This document shows, piece after piece, positions 59,232 through 64,000 of a stretch of 64,000 bases of DNA. Every line of letters begins with the position of its first letter. Within the stretch, counting starts at the first letter, position 1. A program made the translations under genes and the position numbers. This DNA comes from Deferribacterales bacterium (GTDB taxonomy: Bacteria; Chrysiogenota; Deferribacteres; Deferribacterales; Geovibrionaceae), in the NCBI GenBank assembly GCA_050251875.1, contig JBFWMA010000006.1, positions 96,001-160,000 on the forward strand, in the 5' to 3' direction. The notes beneath the pieces are model-generated. The model ran no database searches. It worked only from the letters and a program-made list of their open reading frames with translations, and was not told where the DNA came from.

Positions 59232-59720
59232 TTAACTTTTTTCTTTCAAGGCAATTTCAATAACGAAAGATGAATCATCCAGTTTGAATTTGACTCCGAC
59301 ACAAATGATATGCGCCGGTCTCTGTATGGTGTGACCCTTGCCCACAACAACGTTGGGCACGGATATGCTGAATTTCTGACCTTTGTCTGTGAACATTTTC
59401 TTTGTGCTTCCGGCGATCATATTTATCAGCTCGCCGATGGCATCGCCAACGTCTGTGTCCATGTCGTCCTTGTCTTCCATCAGAAAGATAGAGGCGATCT
59501 TACACGCCACTTTCTCAGGCAGACTCACGGAAACATAGCCCACGACATCGCCCACGATTCCTATCACAGCGGAAACATCGTAATGCAGGTTTTCATCGGA
59601 TTTGATATAGAGGTCGCCCTTGACCGGCTTCAGCCCTGTCATGGTCTCGAAAACATTGATAGTAGAAGCAATAAACGGGTTTACATATTCTGCCTTCACT
59701 TCGTCCTCCGAAAACGTCAC
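59232..59720 (-). CDS. cheX: Chemotaxis phosphatase CheX
   Basis: YVNPFI, VSAVIGIVG, DAIGELINMIAG (ExxN), ISVP.VV.G. Confidence 0.9.
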   Translation of the reverse strand: MTFSEDEVKAEYVNPFIASTINVFETMTGLKPVKGDLYIKSDENLHYDVSAVIGIVGDVVGYVSVSLPEKVACKIASIFLMEDKDDMDTDVGDAIGELINMIAGSTKKMFTDKGQKFSISVPNVVVGKGHTIQRPAHIICVGVKFKLDDSSFVIEIALKEKS

Positions 59721-59780
59721 ATTTAAATTAGGATAAACGAAATATCATTCTATGTCTATTATTTTTAAGGAGTTTATTTT

Positions 59781-60350
59781 TCAGGCTCTGCTCATGGAAA
59801 TGTTTATGAATTTATTCAGAATGAGGGCGGTGAGACCCCATATTATATCGTTCTCATATCTATAGAAATGTACTGTCCTGCCCTCGTTCCTTCTGAACCA
59901 TTTTTCCGTCCAGTAGGTTTTTCCGCCAGCCAGAAGCTCCATCGGAACTTTATAAAGCCTCTCCACCTCCGACTGCTGAATATGAAATCCGTCATCGCCG
60001 GACAGCCCAACAAAAGGAGTGACCCTGTGACCCCAGCGGGACAGCTCGTCATCCAGAGCGCCTATCACCCGCACCTTGTCGTTGTGTATTCCGATCTCTT
60101 CTCTGGCTTCTCTCAGAGCGGTCTGAGCCAGAGTGGCGTCCTCCGCCTCTGATATGCCTCCCGGAAAGGAGACCTCTCCGCCGTGATGTTCCAGTGATCT
60201 GAGTCTTTTGGTGAGAATTACTGAACAGCCGTTGCCGGCTTCGGGAACCAGCAGCAGGAGTACGGCGGCGGTTCTGGGTGTTGCCGCCATTACCCTGCGC
60301 TTATATGATGATAAAACTTTTTCTACATGCTGAATCTTGCAGTTATCCAA
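59781..60350 (-). CDS. Nudix hydrolase, CoA pyrophosphatase family
   Basis: AAVL, HGGEVSFPGG, TALREAREEIG, IWGLTA. Confidence 0.9.
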   Translation of the reverse strand: MDNCKIQHVEKVLSSYKRRVMAATPRTAAVLLLLVPEAGNGCSVILTKRLRSLEHHGGEVSFPGGISEAEDATLAQTALREAREEIGIHNDKVRVIGALDDELSRWGHRVTPFVGLSGDDGFHIQQSEVERLYKVPMELLAGGKTYWTEKWFRRNEGRTVHFYRYENDIIWGLTALILNKFINISMSRA

Positions 60351-62973
60351 TAAGTCCGCTCACTATAGATTCCACGGCTGCCACTGCCTCATCCAGTTTT
60401 TCCGGATTTTTTCCGCCTGCCTGAGCCATGTCGGGACGTCCGCCGCCTGAGCCTCCGGCTATTTTAGCCACCTCACGCACCACATCGCCCGCCTTTACCT
60501 TGTCCATAGTGTCTTTGGTAACGCCGCATACGAACATCACTTTTCCATCCGCTGTGGCGGAACCAACCAGCACCACGCCGCTCTTCATGCGGTCACGGGC
60601 TGTATCCACGAATTTTCTGACTGCCTCTGTGTCGGCGTTTTCCAGCTTAACAGCCAGCAGTTTTACGCCCTTCACTTCTTTTATATCATCCATCAGACCT
60701 GCTGATCTGCTGGAGGCGAGTTTATCGTTTATCTTTTTCAGCTCACGCTCTTTGTCTCTGAGCGCTTCTGATGTCTCCTCTATTCTCGCAACGAGATTGT
60801 CGGGAGATGTTTTCAGCAGACGGGCGCCCTCTTTCACAGCGGAATCAGCCTTCTGAGCGTACGCCACGGCGTTCATGCCTGTCACCGCCTCAATCCTGCG
60901 CACACCGGAGGCTACGGAAGCCTCGCTGACTACCTTGAAGAAGCCGATATCGCCTGTTCTGTCCACATGGCATCCGCCGCAGAGTTCCATGCTGAAATCC
61001 TCCACACGGACAACCCTGACACGCTCACCGTATTTTTCGCCGAACAGAGCCATAGCTCCGGCTTTCACCGCTTCGTCTCTGCTCATATATGTTTTTGATA
61101 CTTCATCGTTTTCCTGAATACTGGCGTTCACTATCTCTTCTATGCGGTCGATCTCGTCCGCTGAAAGCTGAGCATAGTGGTTGAAGTCGAACCTGAGCCT
61201 GTCCGGAGACACCAGCGATCCAGCCTGACGCACATGGTCGCCCAGAACGAGCTGAAGCGCTTTGTGCAGAAGGTGTGTGGATGTGTGGTTCTTCTCTGTC
61301 GCCTTTCTGGACGCTTTGTCCACCTCGGCGGAGACTCTTTCGCCTTTCAGAATCACGCCCAATTCCGCTGTTCCGTGGAGGACTATGAGTCCTTCGCCGT
61401 ATTTAACGGTTCTGTCCACTCTGAAAACGGCGCTGTCCGTCTTCACATATCCGCAGTCGCCTGTCTGTCCGCCGCCTTCCGCATAGAAAGGGCTTCTGGC
61501 GATGACTATTCCGCATTCGCCGTCTGTGGTGGGCACTTCTTTGCCGTCTTTAATTATAGAGAGCACTTCTGTGTCCTCACGCAGATTGTCATATCCGGTG
61601 AACTCGGGACGTATGCGGCTGGCGAGCTGGATGTAGATATCGTCAATCCTGTGCTCTCCGCTGCCCGCCCATGATTTTTTCGCTCTGTCCTGCTGGGCGT
61701 GCATCTCCTGCTCGAATCCCACAGTGTCCAGAGCGTATCCGGCGTCCTCGGCTATATCTGTCAGCAGGTCAACGGGAAATCCGTATGTGTCGTACAGACG
61801 GAAGATATCCTCGCCGCTGATCACTTTATATTCTTTATGTTTTTCGAAGAGCTCGTCTATGATCTTAAGCCCGATGCCCAGTGTTCTGCTGAACGACTGC
61901 TCTTCGTTGGAGACTACTTTTGATATGAATGGTTTCTTGTCCGCCAGCTCTATGTAGTGTCCTTTCATGAAATCCACCACGAACTCGCACACCTTATAGA
62001 AGAATGATGAGTCGAATCCCAGCATCCTGCCGTGGCGCATGGCACGTCTCATGATACGGCGCAGAACGTATCCCCTGCCCTCGTTGCTGGGCAGAACGCC
62101 GTCACCTATCAGAAATGTGGTGGAGCGGCTGTGGTCGGCTATAACACGGACAGAGATGTCCTTTTTAGCGTCCTGACCGTATGTGATGCCAGCCAGAGAA
62201 GCGATGTGCTCCAGAATAGGTCTGAAAAGGTCGGTGTCATAGTTGCTGGTGACGCCCTGAACTACAGATGTCACACGCTCCAGCCCCATACCCGTATCTA
62301 TGCTGGGTTTGGGAAGGGGAGTGAGCTTGCCGTCAGCGGATTTGTCAAACTGCATGAAAACGAGGTTCCACAGCTCCAGATGTCTGTCGCAGTCGCAGTT
62401 GCGGTCGCACTCGGGACGTCCGCATCCTGTGCCCTCGCCCTGATCTATGTGTATCTCGGAGCAGGGACCGCAGGGTCCTGTGTCGCCCATGGACCAGAAG
62501 TTGTCCTTCTCGCCTCTTCTCTCTATGTCTTTCTCATCCAGCCCTATGACATCACGCCATATGGCGAACGCTTCATCATCGTCATTATATACTGATACAA
62601 ACATTCTGTCGGCGGGGAGACCCATCTCTTTGGTGAGAAATTCCCATCCGAACTTAATGGCGTCCTCTTTGAAATAGTCGCCGAAGGAAAAATTTCCGAG
62701 CATTTCAAAAAATGTGTGGTGACGTGATGTCACGCCCACGTTTTCAAGGTCGTTGTGCTTGCCCCCAGCTCTCACTACCTTCTGGCATGTGGCGGCACGG
62801 GTATAGCTTCTGGTTTCACGTCCCAGAAAGGTATCTTTGAACTGGTTCATCCCCGCGTTGGTGAAAAGCAGGGTCGGGTCGTCCAGAGGAACCAGCGATG
62901 ATGATCCCACCACAACGTGTCCCTGTTTTTTAAAATATTCGAGAAATTTCTTCCTTATCTCATGACCGGTCAT
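60343..62973 (-). CDS. alaS: Alanine--tRNA ligase
   Basis: LLFTNAGMNQFK, HHTFFEMLGNFSFGDYFK, DTGMGLER, HTSTHLL, ELCGGCH, GGGRPDMAQAGG. Confidence 0.99.
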   Translation of the reverse strand: MTGHEIRKKFLEYFKKQGHVVVGSSSLVPLDDPTLLFTNAGMNQFKDTFLGRETRSYTRAATCQKVVRAGGKHNDLENVGVTSRHHTFFEMLGNFSFGDYFKEDAIKFGWEFLTKEMGLPADRMFVSVYNDDDEAFAIWRDVIGLDEKDIERRGEKDNFWSMGDTGPCGPCSEIHIDQGEGTGCGRPECDRNCDCDRHLELWNLVFMQFDKSADGKLTPLPKPSIDTGMGLERVTSVVQGVTSNYDTDLFRPILEHIASLAGITYGQDAKKDISVRVIADHSRSTTFLIGDGVLPSNEGRGYVLRRIMRRAMRHGRMLGFDSSFFYKVCEFVVDFMKGHYIELADKKPFISKVVSNEEQSFSRTLGIGLKIIDELFEKHKEYKVISGEDIFRLYDTYGFPVDLLTDIAEDAGYALDTVGFEQEMHAQQDRAKKSWAGSGEHRIDDIYIQLASRIRPEFTGYDNLREDTEVLSIIKDGKEVPTTDGECGIVIARSPFYAEGGGQTGDCGYVKTDSAVFRVDRTVKYGEGLIVLHGTAELGVILKGERVSAEVDKASRKATEKNHTSTHLLHKALQLVLGDHVRQAGSLVSPDRLRFDFNHYAQLSADEIDRIEEIVNASIQENDEVSKTYMSRDEAVKAGAMALFGEKYGERVRVVRVEDFSMELCGGCHVDRTGDIGFFKVVSEASVASGVRRIEAVTGMNAVAYAQKADSAVKEGARLLKTSPDNLVARIEETSEALRDKERELKKINDKLASSRSAGLMDDIKEVKGVKLLAVKLENADTEAVRKFVDTARDRMKSGVVLVGSATADGKVMFVCGVTKDTMDKVKAGDVVREVAKIAGGSGGGRPDMAQAGGKNPEKLDEAVAAVESIVSGLIG

Positions 62974-62974
62974 A

Positions 62975-63271
62975 TCAGCTCCGTTTCAGAGTATTAAGAT
63001 ACTCTTCCCACTCTATGGGTAATAGATATTTTTTTTTGTTGTTACATTCTTTGCAGGCGGGCACGACATTTCCTTTGGTGGACACGCCGCCTCTGGCTAT
63101 GGGGACTATGTGGTCCATTGTGAGCTCGGAGGGCGGGAATTTCTGACCGCAGTAATGGCACAAACCTTCTGCCAGCTTGTTTTTCCACCACTGTTTCTGG
63201 CGCAGCTCCCTCGCCTTCTCTTTCTCTTTTCTTATGTGCTGTTCGTCAGCGGAAATGAAGAATACATCCAT
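62975..63271 (-). CDS. Small HNH endonuclease-family protein
   Basis: CHYC, MDHIVP..RGG, N...ACKECNNKK; start probably ATG 63271. Confidence 0.88.
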   Translation of the reverse strand: MDVFFISADEQHIRKEKEKARELRQKQWWKNKLAEGLCHYCGQKFPPSELTMDHIVPIARGGVSTKGNVVPACKECNNKKKYLLPIEWEEYLNTLKRS

Positions 63272-63507
63272 AGTAGCAGGGATTATATATATGTGAGCGA
63301 TTAATTGCAAGAAGCTATCACAAAAATAATATATAGAAAAACATGTCGGACTTCTTCTGAAATATATGCGGAGAAGACACGTTTATTTAACTAAAATTTC
63401 AGTGATTCTTGACTGAAATATCTCTTGAACCGCTGATTTTAATATAGTAAGGTTGGGTGTTTGCAAAACCCGTTCCACTTTTTATAAGCATCCATCAGGA
63501 GGAGACT

Positions 63508-64000
63508 GTGACTAAAACAGAACAGTGCGGACTGGAAGAGTACGGCATCACCAACGTTGCCGAGGTCAAGAAAAATCTCACACCCGCAGAACTTTACGAA
63601 GAAATCATCAAAAATGGTGAAGGAAAAGTCGCTGACAAAGGCGCCATGGTTTGTCTCACAGGCAAACACACCGGACGCTCGCCTAACGACAAATTTATTG
63701 TTGAAGAAGAAACCACCAAAACAGATGTTAACTGGTCCAAAGGCAATGTGCCGATCACAGAGGAGAAGTTTGAAGCTCTCTACGGCAAGCTGAAGGCCTA
63801 TGTTCAGACTAAAAAACTCTATGTTCAGGAATGTTATGCCGGGGCTGACCCCAAAAGCAGACTGAAAGTAAGAGTCATCACCGACTCTGCGTGGCAGAAC
63901 CTCTTTGCCCGCAACATGTTCATAGAAGAGACAGACCCCGAGGCTCTCGCCGAGTTCGTACCCGATTTCACAGTTCTGGCTTGTCCCGGATTTCAGGCTG
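63508..64000 (+). CDS. pckA: Phosphoenolpyruvate carboxykinase (ATP); 5' part, runs off window end
   Basis: Not in ORF track. GTG 63508 after SD AGGAGG; NLTPAELYEE, TGKHTGRSPNDKFIV, YAGADP, AWQNLFARNMFI. Confidence 0.95.
   Translation, partial: MTKTEQCGLEEYGITNVAEVKKNLTPAELYEEIIKNGEGKVADKGAMVCLTGKHTGRSPNDKFIVEEETTKTDVNWSKGNVPITEEKFEALYGKLKAYVQTKKLYVQECYAGADPKSRLKVRVITDSAWQNLFARNMFIEETDPEALAEFVPDFTVLACPGFQA

Noticed and set aside
62975..63271. Homing endonuclease or restriction system
   Set aside because: No intron/intein context, methyltransferase or insertion signature.

Overview
This 64-kb window is ordinary chromosomal DNA from an anaerobic Gram-negative bacterium. Gene content (split atp operon, flavocytochrome c, 1Fe-SOR, large NAD-GDH) suggests Deferribacterota, which is inference only. 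I found no rRNA, tRNA, CRISPR array, integrase or transposase. Left to right: the 5' part of class III RNR nrdD under a cobalamin riboswitch; a GntR-linked tetraheme cytochrome/flavoprotein/OprD porin/MFS locus; an ABC-like triad with no permease (SBP-fold protein without signal peptide, UreG/HypB-like GTPase, ABC ATPase); a TetR-HlyD-ABC exporter operon continuing into GGCT, queC and an AlkD-like gene; lysA; PPIase with livKHMGF; two RNA methyltransferases; an MCP; LysE; atpF'FHAGDC; GGDEF; a MarR/membrane-protein pair; an MBL hydrolase with an RsbW-like kinase; PMM/PGM, ispG, Crp and prlC; a sulfotransferase-like orphan; metH; superoxide reductase; a STAND-TPR protein, M16 peptidase, NAD-GDH, CheX, Nudix, alaS and HNH; and the 5' part of pckA. 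The best candidates for uncharacterised systems are the permease-less Cys-rich triad (7084-10089), the non-fumarate flavocytochrome c locus (1431-6988) and an effector-less STAND-TPR protein. I also found a 59-aa Cys4 ORF missed by the ORF track, several candidate operators and up to three families of short palindromic repeats. All family assignments come from motif recognition by eye, with no database searches run.
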